From contig CAWIPH010000002.1 of the NCBI GenBank assembly GCA_963837955.1, forward strand, positions 160,001 to 224,000: a DNA stretch of 64,000 bases, given 5' to 3'. Source of the stretch: an uncultured Verrucomicrobiae bacterium. GTDB lineage: Bacteria; Verrucomicrobiota; Verrucomicrobiia; Chthoniobacterales; JAFAMB01. Under the pieces are notes generated by a model. That model was not told the DNA's origin and ran no database searches. It was given only the letters and a program-made list of their open reading frames with translations. Position 1 is the first letter of the stretch; every line of letters begins with the position of its first letter. A program made the position numbers and the translations under genes. Below are positions 10,804 through 20,990 of this stretch, piece by piece.

Positions 10804-10913
10804 GGGAGGGCGCACAGCCTGTCCGACATAGCCTTTCGAATGCTTGGTGCAGAATGCTTGAGTGCGACGTCGGATCCTCGTGCGCCGTGGATCGCGGGGA
10901 CGCGATCCCTCCC
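10804..10913. repeat. GGAG-type REP doublet with a 57-bp insert
   Basis: GGGAGGGCGCAC AG[10818-10874]TCCTCGTGCGCC..GGATCGCG..CGCGATCCCTCCC; same family as 4510, 55811 and 56025. Confidence 0.8.
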
Positions 10914-10921
10914 GGGCTATT

Positions 10922-12229
10922 CTACTTAAACAGGTCGTTCACCTCCTGGTTCGCGGCTTTGAGCGTGGTCGCCGCATCCGCTCCATTCAGGTAGATTGAG
11001 TCGAAGGCTCCTCGCATGATCCGGACGATGTCGCTGGCGTGGTCGGTAATCGGGAAGAGAAACGTCGCGTTCGGATCAGTTGCCTCCTGGACAAAAGCGG
11101 AAACATCAACACCCTTCTCGGCCATCCGGGTTTTAGCGAGCTCAGTCGCATCGGGAACCGCCGGGAAGACTACGCCATGTTCACCGACAATTGTCTGAGC
11201 TTCCGGGGAGGCCAGGAACTTTACCCATTTCCAAGCTTCTTCCTGATGTTTACTGCCAACCCAGATCGAGTCTGCCAGACCGTTGAACATGGTTCGCCGC
11301 CCCAGTGGACCTTTTGGCAGCGGAGCAAAACCGATGTCGAACTTGCAGTTTTCCGTGTACCAGCGGACGGCCCAGTCGCCAGTTAGAGCCAGGGCGCCCT
11401 TCTGTGCTGCGAACACTCCGTTCTCACCTGCTTGGCGGGCATCGCCTGCCGGGATGATGATTCCTTTTTTCATCTGATTGGCAATCCATTGAATCGTTTC
11501 CGCCAGTTTCGGATCATCATAGTTAAGGTGAGTAGCCCAAGGGCCATCGTCGAACTTAAAGCCGTTCGACACAGCAAAATGGCTCCATTCAACCTGGCCA
11601 TAGCCGTCGGGCTGGCCATTGATCAGCAGTCCATACTGCTTGATGTTTTTGGAATCGAACCCTGCCTCCGTCGCGTTTTTGCCATTCGCATCGATAGTTA
11701 GCTTAGCAATTAGCTGGCCAAACGAACCGCCATCTTTCGGATTCCAGTCCAGGTTCGAGAGCGACTTAGGATCGACGCCAGCCTTTTCTAGCATAGCCTT
11801 GTTGTAGACGAGGCCGATCGTGTCCCAATCTTTCGGAAGGCCGTACTGCTTACCGCTTCGACCCCATACTTTAACCAGGTCTCCAAGGTAAATGTTGGTA
11901 GGCACTTTATCGCGAGCGATCAGTGGAGCGAGATCTACCAGCAAGTTGTTCTGCATGAATTCCGGGTACCTGGCCAGATGATCCGTTATAACGTCAGGCG
12001 CGGTACCAGAAACGAACGCCGTATTCAGCGCGTTCCAATAGTCGAACCAGCCGGTCTGGGTGATTTTAATTTTAATGTCCGGGTTCTTCTTCTCGAATGC
12101 CGCAGCGCAGGCTTGGTAGGCTGGCAGTTGGTTGTTGTCCCATAACCAGTAGGTGATTTCTGTTACCGCTTGCGCGGGAATGCCGGCCAGGAAGCTGCCG
12201 GCCAATAGGATCTTAGTTAGGTGTCGCAT
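10922..12229 (-). CDS. Sugar ABC transporter substrate-binding protein
   Basis: Signal peptide; YGLPKDWDTIGLVYNK, EAWKWVKFLAS. Confidence 0.9.
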   Translation of the reverse strand: MRHLTKILLAGSFLAGIPAQAVTEITYWLWDNNQLPAYQACAAAFEKKNPDIKIKITQTGWFDYWNALNTAFVSGTAPDVITDHLARYPEFMQNNLLVDLAPLIARDKVPTNIYLGDLVKVWGRSGKQYGLPKDWDTIGLVYNKAMLEKAGVDPKSLSNLDWNPKDGGSFGQLIAKLTIDANGKNATEAGFDSKNIKQYGLLINGQPDGYGQVEWSHFAVSNGFKFDDGPWATHLNYDDPKLAETIQWIANQMKKGIIIPAGDARQAGENGVFAAQKGALALTGDWAVRWYTENCKFDIGFAPLPKGPLGRRTMFNGLADSIWVGSKHQEEAWKWVKFLASPEAQTIVGEHGVVFPAVPDATELAKTRMAEKGVDVSAFVQEATDPNATFLFPITDHASDIVRIMRGAFDSIYLNGADAATTLKAANQEVNDLFK

Positions 12230-12324
12230 TTTTCTGGGGGTTAATTTTCGGGTTTGATGAGATTCATGGGGAGAAGAGGAGCGAGGAGTAAAAGAAGGCC
12301 GCGGTTGTCAGTAGTTGGTTCTGC

Positions 12325-13221
12325 TCATCGATAACCGGTGTACTGGAAGGCTTCGACGACCTTGCGACCGAAGAACACGAGGAGGATGGCGACCGGTATA
12401 ATACCGAGGACGGTGCAAGCCATTAGCCCGCTCCAGTCCGGTACGCCGCCGGCCTGCATTGACCGAAAAGCGTTAATAGCGACGGCCATGACTCGCACTG
12501 TTTCTTCCCGGCCGACTAGAAGCGGCCAAAAGAACTCATTCCAAGCCGTCAAAGTGGACAAAATCGTCAGCGTGGCGATTGCCGATCGATGGATAGGCAG
12601 CACGACGCGAAAGAAGATCGAGAAGTAATTTGCTCCGTCTATGCGGGCGGATTCCTCCAACTCCCGCGGAGTCGACAAAAACATCTGGCGCAAAAAAAAG
12701 ACGGCAAATGGCGTCATCAGCGCATAGGGCGCCGCCATGCCCTGATAGGTATTTAGCCAACCCAGATCTTTGATCAGGATGAAATTGGGGATGAATAGGA
12801 CCACGGCCGGGATCATCGTGGCGCATAAAAACAGGAAGAAGATCAACCTGCGCCCCGGAAAACGGAGTCGAGCAAAAGCGTATGCAGCCATCGCGCTGCA
12901 GGCGATCTGGGGAACAACTGCCAAGACGGTGAAGATGACGCTATTCGCCAACGCCCGATAAAAATCTATCTTGCCGAAGCTGGTCTGCGCGAGTCGTGGA
13001 TCGCTTGGATTCACCAGTCCGATGACTCTTTGGAGATTGAAAAGAGTCGGATCCTGGGGGAGGAGCGAGCTAGCGCCGCTGAAGAGAGTGTGGCTGTCGC
13101 TGAGCGCAGTCTTTACCGCGATCCAGATCGGGCCGAGTGAAATGATGGTAAATAGAGCGAGCGCCGCGTATCCGAACCAACGCGCTACCCCCCTTCCCGA
13201 GTTGGAGTAAGCATTCTCCAT
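12325..13221 (-). CDS. Carbohydrate ABC permease (MalG-like)
   Basis: AAYAFARLRFPG, EAA motif ELEESARIDGA, WNEFFWPL. Confidence 0.92.
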   Translation of the reverse strand: MENAYSNSGRGVARWFGYAALALFTIISLGPIWIAVKTALSDSHTLFSGASSLLPQDPTLFNLQRVIGLVNPSDPRLAQTSFGKIDFYRALANSVIFTVLAVVPQIACSAMAAYAFARLRFPGRRLIFFLFLCATMIPAVVLFIPNFILIKDLGWLNTYQGMAAPYALMTPFAVFFLRQMFLSTPRELEESARIDGANYFSIFFRVVLPIHRSAIATLTILSTLTAWNEFFWPLLVGREETVRVMAVAINAFRSMQAGGVPDWSGLMACTVLGIIPVAILLVFFGRKVVEAFQYTGYR

Positions 13222-13223
13222 TT

Positions 13224-14177
13224 TTATCCGAGCTCAGATTGGCCAGAGCGGAGAAGCCGCATCTGCACGATGGTGACAACGGCCAGACAAAGAAAAAGGG
13301 CGCACGACATCGTGGACGCGTATCCCATCCTGAACGACACAAAGCCTTCCTGATAGATGTACCAGACGATGGTGCGGGTGGAAAAAGCCGGGCCGCCCAG
13401 TGTGGTAACCGCGATGGTGTCGAAGACTTGAAACGACCCAATGATGCTCGTGACTAGCACGAAGACGAAGGTGGGCCGCAGTAGGGGCAGAGTAATATGG
13501 ACAAAGTTTTTCCAGGGACCAGCGCCTTCGATTCGAGCTGCTTCATAGATATCTTTCGGGATTGTCTGAATACCGGTATAGAACAACAAGGCGACGAATC
13601 CCATATGTCGCCAGATGTTCACCGCTGCGATCGTTGGGAGAGCGAGTTCGCGATCGGTAAAAAAAGCTATTCGACCGAGGCCGATCCAGTGCAGCGCAGC
13701 GTTCCCGAAACCGAGCAGCGGGTCGAGCATCCAAAACCAGATGATTGCTGCGATGACATTTGCGATCAGATATGGGGCGAGAATAATCGAGCGTAGGATC
13801 ACGGAGCGCCCTAACCGAGCTAGCAGCACCGCCAGCAACAGTCCAATAACCGTCTGGATCGGTATGTTATAGAGAACGTAAAGGACGGTGACCTTCATCG
13901 AGTTCCAGAAGTTCGCGTCATTCCAGAGCTTGATGTAGTTGGCACCCGCGTTAAACACGGGCGCTCGCAAGAGATTCCAATCGGTAAAACTGATGGAGAT
14001 CGCGCGAAAGGTGGGAAGCAGATAAAAGAGGGTGAAGCCTAAGAGAGCTGGTGCGATAAAGATCCACGCACAAAAAGATTCCCGATGCAGGAGTGACCGA
14101 AAAAAAGACCGTCGATGAGAGGTGGGGCGCGGAGCAGTGTGGGGAGGGGCTAGTTCTGGCGATACGCGTACAGACAT
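13224..14177 (-). CDS. Carbohydrate ABC permease (MalF-like)
   Basis: EAA motif IYEAARIEGA; FQVFD, GYAS. Confidence 0.92.
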   Translation of the reverse strand: MSVRVSPELAPPHTAPRPTSHRRSFFRSLLHRESFCAWIFIAPALLGFTLFYLLPTFRAISISFTDWNLLRAPVFNAGANYIKLWNDANFWNSMKVTVLYVLYNIPIQTVIGLLLAVLLARLGRSVILRSIILAPYLIANVIAAIIWFWMLDPLLGFGNAALHWIGLGRIAFFTDRELALPTIAAVNIWRHMGFVALLFYTGIQTIPKDIYEAARIEGAGPWKNFVHITLPLLRPTFVFVLVTSIIGSFQVFDTIAVTTLGGPAFSTRTIVWYIYQEGFVSFRMGYASTMSCALFLCLAVVTIVQMRLLRSGQSELG

Positions 14178-14245
14178 AGCAGGATAGGAAAAGATTTCTC
14201 GGAGATGGTTTGGATCGGGGGGGATGAACGTACCGCGTGAAATTA

Positions 14246-14284
14246 GTAACGCGTGTTACAAGGCGAATAAGTAACACGTGTTAT
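14246..14284. promoter_or_regulatory. Tandem LacI-type palindromic operators in the divergent promoter region
   Basis: GTAACGCGTGTTAC (14246-14259) and GTAACACGTGTTAT (14271-14284); central CG; 25-bp spacing. Confidence 0.6.
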
Positions 14285-14420
14285 CTACAGGTCAAGTCGG
14301 TTCTTTTTCGAGCCCGGCTAAGATTCCAAAATCTCTTTTTCTGCAAACCTCGGTTAGCCCAATTTAAGCGAGGATTTGACGATTGTTTTGTGGGGAAGCT
14401 TTTCTATACTGAAGAACCCC

Positions 14421-15686
14421 ATGTTTAAAAAAGTACTCTTGCTGTGTGTAGTGGCGTTAGCGGGCGTCGGAATAGCTCGGGCTCAAGGAAAGGTCCAACT
14501 TATTGTTGAGAGCTGGCGCAACGACGATCTCAAGGTCTGGCGGGATACGATCATACCCGCATTCACGAAGAAGCATCCGGAGATTGCGATAGTCTTCTCG
14601 CCGACAGCCCCGACGGAATACAACGCCGTGTTGGATGCCAAGCTCAAGGCAGGCACAGCAGGAGACCTGATTGCTTGCCGGCCCTTTGACAAATCGTTGG
14701 ACCTGTACAACGCCGGACAAGTGGTCGCGCTGAATGATCTTCCGGGAATGGACCATTTCTCGCAGATCGCCCGGACCGCGTGGTCCACAGACGATGGTAA
14801 GACCACCTTTGCCGTGCCCATGGCGTCGGTGATTCACGGTTTCTTTTATAACAAAGCCATCTTCAAAGAGCTGGGCCTGAGCGTGCCCAAGACCGAGCAG
14901 GAGTTCCTGGCAGTGCTCGAAAAGGTGAAGGCGAATGGCAAATATATTCCGCTGGTTATTGGTACCAAGGATCAATGGGAATCAGCGACAATGGGTTACC
15001 AGAACATTGGTCCCACCTTGTGGGATGGGGAGACAGGTCGAAAAGCACTGATCGATGGCACTGCTCAGTACAACAAAGGGGGGTTCCTGGCCGCCTTTGA
15101 GGCGCTAGCAAAATGGAAACCTTACCTGTCGTCAGGCTACCAGGCTCTGGCCTACCCTGATGCGCAGAATCTGTTTGCCCAAGGTCGAGGGGCAATTTAC
15201 CCGGCGGGATCATGGGATATTGGAGTCTTCCACCAAATGAACCCGAAGCTGGATTTTGGCGCTTTCAAACCGTACGCATTTGAAGGCAAGAGCGAAGCTA
15301 TCATTGATGATCACCCGGACATAGCGCTTGGGCTCAATGCCGCTAGCAAGAACAAGGAAGCCGCGCGAACATTCCTTGCTTGGGTAGCCTCGGAGGAATT
15401 CGCGCAGGTGTACGCCAATGCTCTGCCTGGCTTCTTTCCGCTGGCCAACGTTGAATATACTCTCAATGACCCGGTGGCCCAGGAGTTCGTCAAATGGCGC
15501 AAAGAGGGGCCGTCTTCGTTCCGCTGCTCTTACCAGGTTCTTTCACGTAACGCTAACCCGAACAACGAGAACGACCTCTGGAATGCCTGTGCTCAAATCT
15601 TGAATGGCACCATGACTCCACAGCAGGCAGCGGATTTCGTTCAGAAAGATCTGGCCTCCTGGTATAAACCGCAGGCGGCCCGGTAG
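14421..15686 (+). CDS. Sugar ABC transporter substrate-binding protein
   Basis: Signal peptide MFKKVLLL..ARA; GTAGDLIACRPFD, VPMASVIHGFFYNK. Confidence 0.9.
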   Translation: MFKKVLLLCVVALAGVGIARAQGKVQLIVESWRNDDLKVWRDTIIPAFTKKHPEIAIVFSPTAPTEYNAVLDAKLKAGTAGDLIACRPFDKSLDLYNAGQVVALNDLPGMDHFSQIARTAWSTDDGKTTFAVPMASVIHGFFYNKAIFKELGLSVPKTEQEFLAVLEKVKANGKYIPLVIGTKDQWESATMGYQNIGPTLWDGETGRKALIDGTAQYNKGGFLAAFEALAKWKPYLSSGYQALAYPDAQNLFAQGRGAIYPAGSWDIGVFHQMNPKLDFGAFKPYAFEGKSEAIIDDHPDIALGLNAASKNKEAARTFLAWVASEEFAQVYANALPGFFPLANVEYTLNDPVAQEFVKWRKEGPSSFRCSYQVLSRNANPNNENDLWNACAQILNGTMTPQQAADFVQKDLASWYKPQAAR

Positions 15687-15733
15687 GGGGAGCTGACAAA
15701 GCAAGGGGCATCCCCAAGCCAGATCGTCCTCGT

Positions 15734-15777
15734 CTCATGGGACTCATGGGACTCATGGGTCTCATGGGACCTATGGA
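15734..15777. repeat. 9-bp tandem repeat (CTCATGGGA) about x5
   Basis: CTCATGGGA CTCATGGGA CTCATGGGT CTCATGGGA CCTATGGA; intergenic. Confidence 0.85.
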
Positions 15778-15862
15778 GAGCGATCTGGCGAAATGTGAGC
15801 GTAGCAACAATTGGAGCAAGCATGGCGGAAGTGAGCATTCGAGCGGCGCTAGGGATTCGCCA

Positions 15863-16780
15863 ATGAGGAAACGTCGTTCTTTTCGAGTCCATATTCTGGT
15901 TTTCCTGGCGCCGGCGGTGCTGATTTACACCGCCTTCATGATTTACCCGCTTTTCGATTCGCTCTGGCTCTCGCTGAATAACAAGACCCCGACAGCAAGC
16001 CACGTCTTCGTTGGCATCCAGAATTACCAAGCCTTGTTTGGGCAAGAACAATGGTCGAAGCCGTTTTGGAACGCTCTGCGCAACAACGCGATCTTTTTTG
16101 TTATCCACATGCTCGTACAAAACCCAATCGGGTTATTCCTGGCGGCCCTTCTGGGAACCCGGATTCGCGGAAATTCGATCTATCGAAGCATCATTTTCAC
16201 TCCGACTATCTTGTCGGTGGTGATCGTTGGTTTTGTCTGGAAACTGATTCTGAACCCAGCGTGGGGAATCTCCCGGAGTCTTCTGACGACGGTTGGTCTG
16301 GGCGGTCTGGATACGCCTTGGTTAGGCCTTGAGTCCACCGCGCTCGCCACCCTCTCGTTGATTTCAGTTTGGCAAAATATTGGTATCCCTATGATGTTGT
16401 TTCTGGCCGCGCTTATCCGCGTTCCAGAAGAGCTGCTGGAGGCAGCTAAAGTCGATGGAGCGGGGGTTTGGAAGATTTTCTGGAGGATCCAGTTTCCCCT
16501 GATCCTGCCGTCGGTTGGTATCGTCGCAGTGCTGACATTCGTAGGAAACTTCAACGCTTTCGAACTGATCTACGCTACCCAAGGTGCGTTGGCCGGGCCA
16601 AATTTTGCTTCCGATATCCTGGGGACGTACTTCTTTCGAACTTTCTTTGGCTACCAGCTTCAGCCGGCCGACCCGTTCATGGGTTCCACTGTTGCCGGTG
16701 TCATGCTCCTCATCATATTGGCCGGCGTTCTGATCTACTTCTTTGGTTGGCAACGCCGTCTGCAACAGATCCAGTACTAG
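15863..16780 (+). CDS. Carbohydrate ABC permease (MalF-like)
   Basis: EELLEAAKVDGA; start MRKRRS at 15863 (the upstream ORF extension runs through the repeat). Confidence 0.9.
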   Translation: MRKRRSFRVHILVFLAPAVLIYTAFMIYPLFDSLWLSLNNKTPTASHVFVGIQNYQALFGQEQWSKPFWNALRNNAIFFVIHMLVQNPIGLFLAALLGTRIRGNSIYRSIIFTPTILSVVIVGFVWKLILNPAWGISRSLLTTVGLGGLDTPWLGLESTALATLSLISVWQNIGIPMMLFLAALIRVPEELLEAAKVDGAGVWKIFWRIQFPLILPSVGIVAVLTFVGNFNAFELIYATQGALAGPNFASDILGTYFFRTFFGYQLQPADPFMGSTVAGVMLLIILAGVLIYFFGWQRRLQQIQY

Positions 16781-16789
16781 AGAGCGAAG

Positions 16790-17626
16790 ATGGCAAAACC
16801 GGATTCTAACGTTTGGCGAACCTGCGTTACCCACATCGCCCTCTTAGCCTATTCCGCATTTGCGCTGTTTCCGGTGCTGCTGATCATCATGAATTCTTTT
16901 AAAGATCGGCTCACGATCTTCAGCGCACCCTTTGCGCTGCCAGACGCACAGACCTTCACGTTGGACGGGTACCAAACCCTCTCCTCGATTGCTCACTTCG
17001 AGCTGTTCTTTCTCAACAGTTTCCTGGTTACAGCAAGCTCCCTGGCACTCATCGTCGGGGTCAGCTCAATGGCGGCTTTTGCGCTGGCCGAGTACAAGTT
17101 CAGACTCAATTTCTTGACCGGACTCTACCTGGCTATCGGCATCATGGTTCCGATTCGATTGGGTACAGTGGGTATTCTGCGGCTCATGGTGGACCTGCAC
17201 CTTGTTAACACTCTTTGGTCTTTGATCCTGATCTATACCGCGCAAGGCATTCCGCTAGCCGTCTTCATTTTGACCGCTTTCATGCGGCAGTTGCCCAAAG
17301 ATCTCAAAGATGCGGCTCGGATTGACGGTGCCAGCGAATACCGGATTTACTGGCTCATCTTACCACTGGTGCGGCCCGCGATCGGCTCGGTGTTGGCCAT
17401 TTCGATGCTACCGATTTGGAACGATCTGTGGTTTCCGCTCATCCTAGCTCCGGGCGAAGCCACCAAGACATTGGTTCTGGGAGCACAAACATTTCTCGGA
17501 GAGTTTACGAATGACTACAATGCGGTCTTGGCGGCATTAACGTTGGCCATTTTGCCTCCGGTGCTGCTCTACTTTGCCTTCTCGCGGCAGCTCATCCGCG
17601 GCATTACGGCCGGGGCCGTCAAATAG
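16790..17626 (+). CDS. Carbohydrate ABC permease (MalG-like)
   Basis: DLKDAARIDGA, WNDLWFPL, GITAGAVK. Confidence 0.92.
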   Translation: MAKPDSNVWRTCVTHIALLAYSAFALFPVLLIIMNSFKDRLTIFSAPFALPDAQTFTLDGYQTLSSIAHFELFFLNSFLVTASSLALIVGVSSMAAFALAEYKFRLNFLTGLYLAIGIMVPIRLGTVGILRLMVDLHLVNTLWSLILIYTAQGIPLAVFILTAFMRQLPKDLKDAARIDGASEYRIYWLILPLVRPAIGSVLAISMLPIWNDLWFPLILAPGEATKTLVLGAQTFLGEFTNDYNAVLAALTLAILPPVLLYFAFSRQLIRGITAGAVK

Positions 17627-17680
17627 ACTGATAATCCAAAGACGGAACCACAGATTTGAGATTGGACCGCAGATTGCGCA

Positions 17681-17839
17681 GTAGCCTGATGCTCCAGCCT
17701 CAGGAAGCATATCAGTGATCAGTGATTAGATTAGTGAGAGGTTGGTGGATGCCTATCGACAAATCCACGGCAGAAACCGCCCACCATTCACCAATCACTT
17801 CTCACACGCTGGACCCCTGAGGCTGGAGCATCAGGCTAC
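17681..17839. repeat. GTAG-type REP doublet, copy B, nested in CCGCAGATTGCGCA / TGCGCAATCTGTGG arms
   Basis: GTAGCCTGATGCTCCAGCCTCAGG and its exact inverse at 17816-17839. Confidence 0.85.
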
Positions 17840-17889
17840 TGCGCAATCTGTGGATCTCCTTTTCTTCGGTCTTTGGGCTACAGATAATT

Positions 17890-18867
17890 ATGCGCGTCGG
17901 AATCGCCGGTACTGGAACAATGGGGGAGGTTCACGCTGCCGCGTGGCGAAGCACGGGCGCTGAGCTGATAGGGTGTACGTCGGGCAATTCGGTCCAGGCC
18001 GAAGCTGTGGCTAAACGTTACCAGATGCGGGTCTTCAGTGATTACGCTGAGCTTCTGGACGCTGTGGAAATAGTGGATATCTGCACCCCGACTCCGCTGC
18101 ACAAACCGATGGTGCTGGAAGCGGCTAGAGCCGGCAAGCATGTGATTTGTGAAAAGCCGATCGCTCTAACGCCGGAGGACGCTCGAACTATGATCCTGGC
18201 ATGTAACGAAGCAGGGGTCCGGTTCTTTGTAGGGATGGTTGTGCGGTTCTTTCCGCAGTATCGACTGGCGAAAGAACTGGTGGCTAACGGCCAGATCGGG
18301 AAGCTGGCTGTTTTGCGGCTCAAACGCGTGGCCTACGTACCGCAAAAGCCTGCGGAGAACTGGTACTTCGATGCAACCCTTTCGGGCGGTATGGTGGTAG
18401 ATCTGATGATCCATGACTTCGACTACGCCCGCTGGTTGGCCGATGAAGTCGAACGCGTCTATGCCCGAAGAAGTCGGTCGGCGAAAGGACCAGCTGAGTA
18501 CGTCCAAGCTATTATCCGCTTTCGGAATGGAGCTATTGGCCTGGTCGAGGGAGGCTGGGCCTATCCGCCAGGGACTTTTCGAACTGGCCTTGATCTCTCG
18601 GGTACCGATGGCCTGATTGAGTGGAACTCGGACCAGCCGTCGCCGGTCCTGACCTTTTTCCCTCCTAAGCCGAAGGACACGGATTCTGTCGGCCTTCCGG
18701 TATCAGGGCTTGCCGAAGACCCATACACTCTGGAGATTCGGCACGCCTATCACGCCATTGTGGGAGGAACGGACTTCGAGGTCACAGCTGAAGACGCCCT
18801 CGAAGCTCTTCGGATCAGTTTGGCGGTCAAAGAATCCTTATCTACCGGTAAACCGGTGTCGCTTTGA
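17890..18867 (+). CDS. Gfo/Idh/MocA-family oxidoreductase
   Basis: GIAGTGTMG, CEKP, DLMIHDFD. Confidence 0.92.
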   Translation: MRVGIAGTGTMGEVHAAAWRSTGAELIGCTSGNSVQAEAVAKRYQMRVFSDYAELLDAVEIVDICTPTPLHKPMVLEAARAGKHVICEKPIALTPEDARTMILACNEAGVRFFVGMVVRFFPQYRLAKELVANGQIGKLAVLRLKRVAYVPQKPAENWYFDATLSGGMVVDLMIHDFDYARWLADEVERVYARRSRSAKGPAEYVQAIIRFRNGAIGLVEGGWAYPPGTFRTGLDLSGTDGLIEWNSDQPSPVLTFFPPKPKDTDSVGLPVSGLAEDPYTLEIRHAYHAIVGGTDFEVTAEDALEALRISLAVKESLSTGKPVSL

Positions 18868-18870
18868 GGT

Positions 18871-19881
18871 ATGGCTATCCGGATCGGCATTCTGAGTTTT
18901 GCACACCTGCATGCGGAGGGTTATCAGGCCAACCTGAGAACCATTCCTGAAGTGGATTTGATAGGATTTTCCCACGAAAATGCAGAGGAAGGCCGTTTCT
19001 TTGCCGCGAAGTACGGGCTCCGCTGGTTTCCCGAACATCGGGAGCTACTGGCCGAAGGGCTCGATGGAGTATTGATCTGTGCGGAGAACGCCCATCACCG
19101 CGAACTGGTCGAGATGGCTGCCGAAGCCAAGTGCCAGATCTTATGTGAGAAGCCCATCGAGACCAATCTTGTCGACGCCATAGCGATGGAGTCGAGTTGC
19201 GCAAAAAACGGGGTACGTTTCATGACGGCGTTCCCCATGCGCTTCGCTCCTTCGGCTCAGGCCGTACGCACCATGATCCAGAACCGGGAGCTTGGGAACG
19301 TACTTGGAGTAAACGGCATCAATCACAGCGAAATTCCGAAAGGTCACCGAGCCTGGTTTGCCAACAAGGCGCTTGCCGGGGGAGGGGCGGTCATGGATCA
19401 CACCGTCCACCTGGTTGACCTCCTTCGCTGGTATTTCGAGGTCGAGGTGGCGGAAGTCTATGCTGAGGTGGACAATCTTTTTTATCCTGACGAGGTCGAG
19501 GTGGACACCGCCGGTCTGATGCTCCTGACGTTTTCCAATGATCTGCAAGCTAGTATCGACTGCAGCTGGAGCCGCCCGACTTCATACCCGCGCTGGGGGC
19601 ATTTGAAGATGGAAGTAATCGGGGAAGAGGGTACAGCCGTGATGGACAGCTTTGCCCAATACCTGACGCTTTATTCGAACGGCGGCCCCAGGAATCCAAG
19701 CTGGATCGGGTTCGGTCCCGATCCAAACCAGGGGATGATTGAGGAATTCGTGGCTAGCATCCGTCAGAATCGCGAGCCGTGCGTGACCTGGAACGATGGT
19801 TACCAAGCTCTGCGGGTAGCCTTAGCGGCTTACGAATCGGCACATTCCAACGAGCCGGTAAGGCTGCTTGCAGTAGACTGA
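18871..19881 (+). CDS. Gfo/Idh/MocA-family oxidoreductase
   Basis: SFAH.H, LCEKP, GGGAVMDHTVHLVD. Confidence 0.92.
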   Translation: MAIRIGILSFAHLHAEGYQANLRTIPEVDLIGFSHENAEEGRFFAAKYGLRWFPEHRELLAEGLDGVLICAENAHHRELVEMAAEAKCQILCEKPIETNLVDAIAMESSCAKNGVRFMTAFPMRFAPSAQAVRTMIQNRELGNVLGVNGINHSEIPKGHRAWFANKALAGGGAVMDHTVHLVDLLRWYFEVEVAEVYAEVDNLFYPDEVEVDTAGLMLLTFSNDLQASIDCSWSRPTSYPRWGHLKMEVIGEEGTAVMDSFAQYLTLYSNGGPRNPSWIGFGPDPNQGMIEEFVASIRQNREPCVTWNDGYQALRVALAAYESAHSNEPVRLLAVD

Positions 19882-20049
19882 TGCTCCAGCCTCAGGGAGC
19901 GCGTTGGTGATCGGTGGGAGATTTTCTGCCGAGGATTTGCCGATAGGCTCCACCAATCACTTCTCACCAATCACCTCTTATACGCAGCGCCCCCCTGAGC
20001 CAGGAGGATCAGGCTACGGCAGGATCAGGCTACGGCGGGATCAAGCTAC
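19873..20049. repeat. GTAG-type REP doublet, copy C
   Basis: GTAGACTGATGCTCCAGCCTCAGG ... CCTGAGCCAGGAGGATCAGGCTAC plus two partial tandem copies. Confidence 0.85.
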
Positions 20050-20076
20050 GATCATTGCGAAAAAGTTGTTGTGCGT

Positions 20077-20103
20077 TGTCCTAATTGTGACCGCTCATTC
20101 GTC
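20077..20103 (+). promoter_or_regulatory. Putative ECF sigma promoter (TGTC..N16..CGTC)
   Basis: TGTCCTA-N16-CGTC about 60 bp upstream of the DUF899 gene; resembles ECF41/ECF42-type motifs. Confidence 0.45.
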
Positions 20104-20163
20104 GCATAATTGAACCGAACACAAGGTGCAGATTCAGCGATCACGTTTACGGACGAGCAAAAT

Positions 20164-20967
20164 ATGAACACGCAGACAAAGACTTCCGAAGGAAGAAAAG
20201 GTATTTCAGACCATCCAATCGTTTCGCGAGAAGAATGGGTTAGGCTTCGCAAGGAGCTGCTCAAGAAAGAGAAGGAGTTTACGCGGCTGCGCGACCAGTT
20301 GAACGCCGAATGCCGCGAGCTGCCCTGGGTCAAGGTGGAGAAGCGGTACCTCTTTGACGGGCCGGACGGCAAGGAGACGCTCGCCGACCTCTTCGATGGA
20401 CGCAGCCAATTGATCGTCAATCACTTCATGCTGGGTCCGGGATGGAAAGAAGGTTGTGTGGGCTGCTCGTTTGGAGCCGATCATAATGACGGGATCCTCG
20501 TGCACCTCCAGCATCACGACGTAACGTTTGTCGCGATCTCGCGAGCGCCCCTACCCGAGATCGAAGGCTTCAAGAAGCGCATGGGCTGGGGCTTTAAGTG
20601 GGTGTCGTCATTTGAGAGCGACTTCAATTACGATTATCACGTGTCGTTCACCAAAGAGCAGATCGCGAAGGGCAAGGTGTACTACAACTACGACGTGCAA
20701 GAATTCCAGATCGATGAACTTGCCGGCACTAGCATGTTCTACCGGAACGAGACCGGCGACATCTTCCACACCTATTCAGCTTACGCGCGCGGCAGCGAAA
20801 TGTTGGGGGGCGCGTACGGTTACCTCGACCACTTGCCGAAGGGCCGCAACGAGACGGGCCCCAACCACAACCTGTCCGATTGGGTGCGGCACCACGACAG
20901 GTATGACGATGGCGGGCTAGTCAGCGCGACGGGACGATTCCAACCTGCCAAAACATCGGATTCGTGA
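20164..20967 (+). CDS. DUF899 thioredoxin-like protein
   Basis: LADLFDGRSQLIV.HFM, GCVGCSF, FHTYSAYARG, PKGRNE, WVRHHD. Confidence 0.92.
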   Translation: MNTQTKTSEGRKGISDHPIVSREEWVRLRKELLKKEKEFTRLRDQLNAECRELPWVKVEKRYLFDGPDGKETLADLFDGRSQLIVNHFMLGPGWKEGCVGCSFGADHNDGILVHLQHHDVTFVAISRAPLPEIEGFKKRMGWGFKWVSSFESDFNYDYHVSFTKEQIAKGKVYYNYDVQEFQIDELAGTSMFYRNETGDIFHTYSAYARGSEMLGGAYGYLDHLPKGRNETGPNHNLSDWVRHHDRYDDGGLVSATGRFQPAKTSDS

Positions 20968-20990
20968 CACAGTTCGAGGGAGGATAATTC

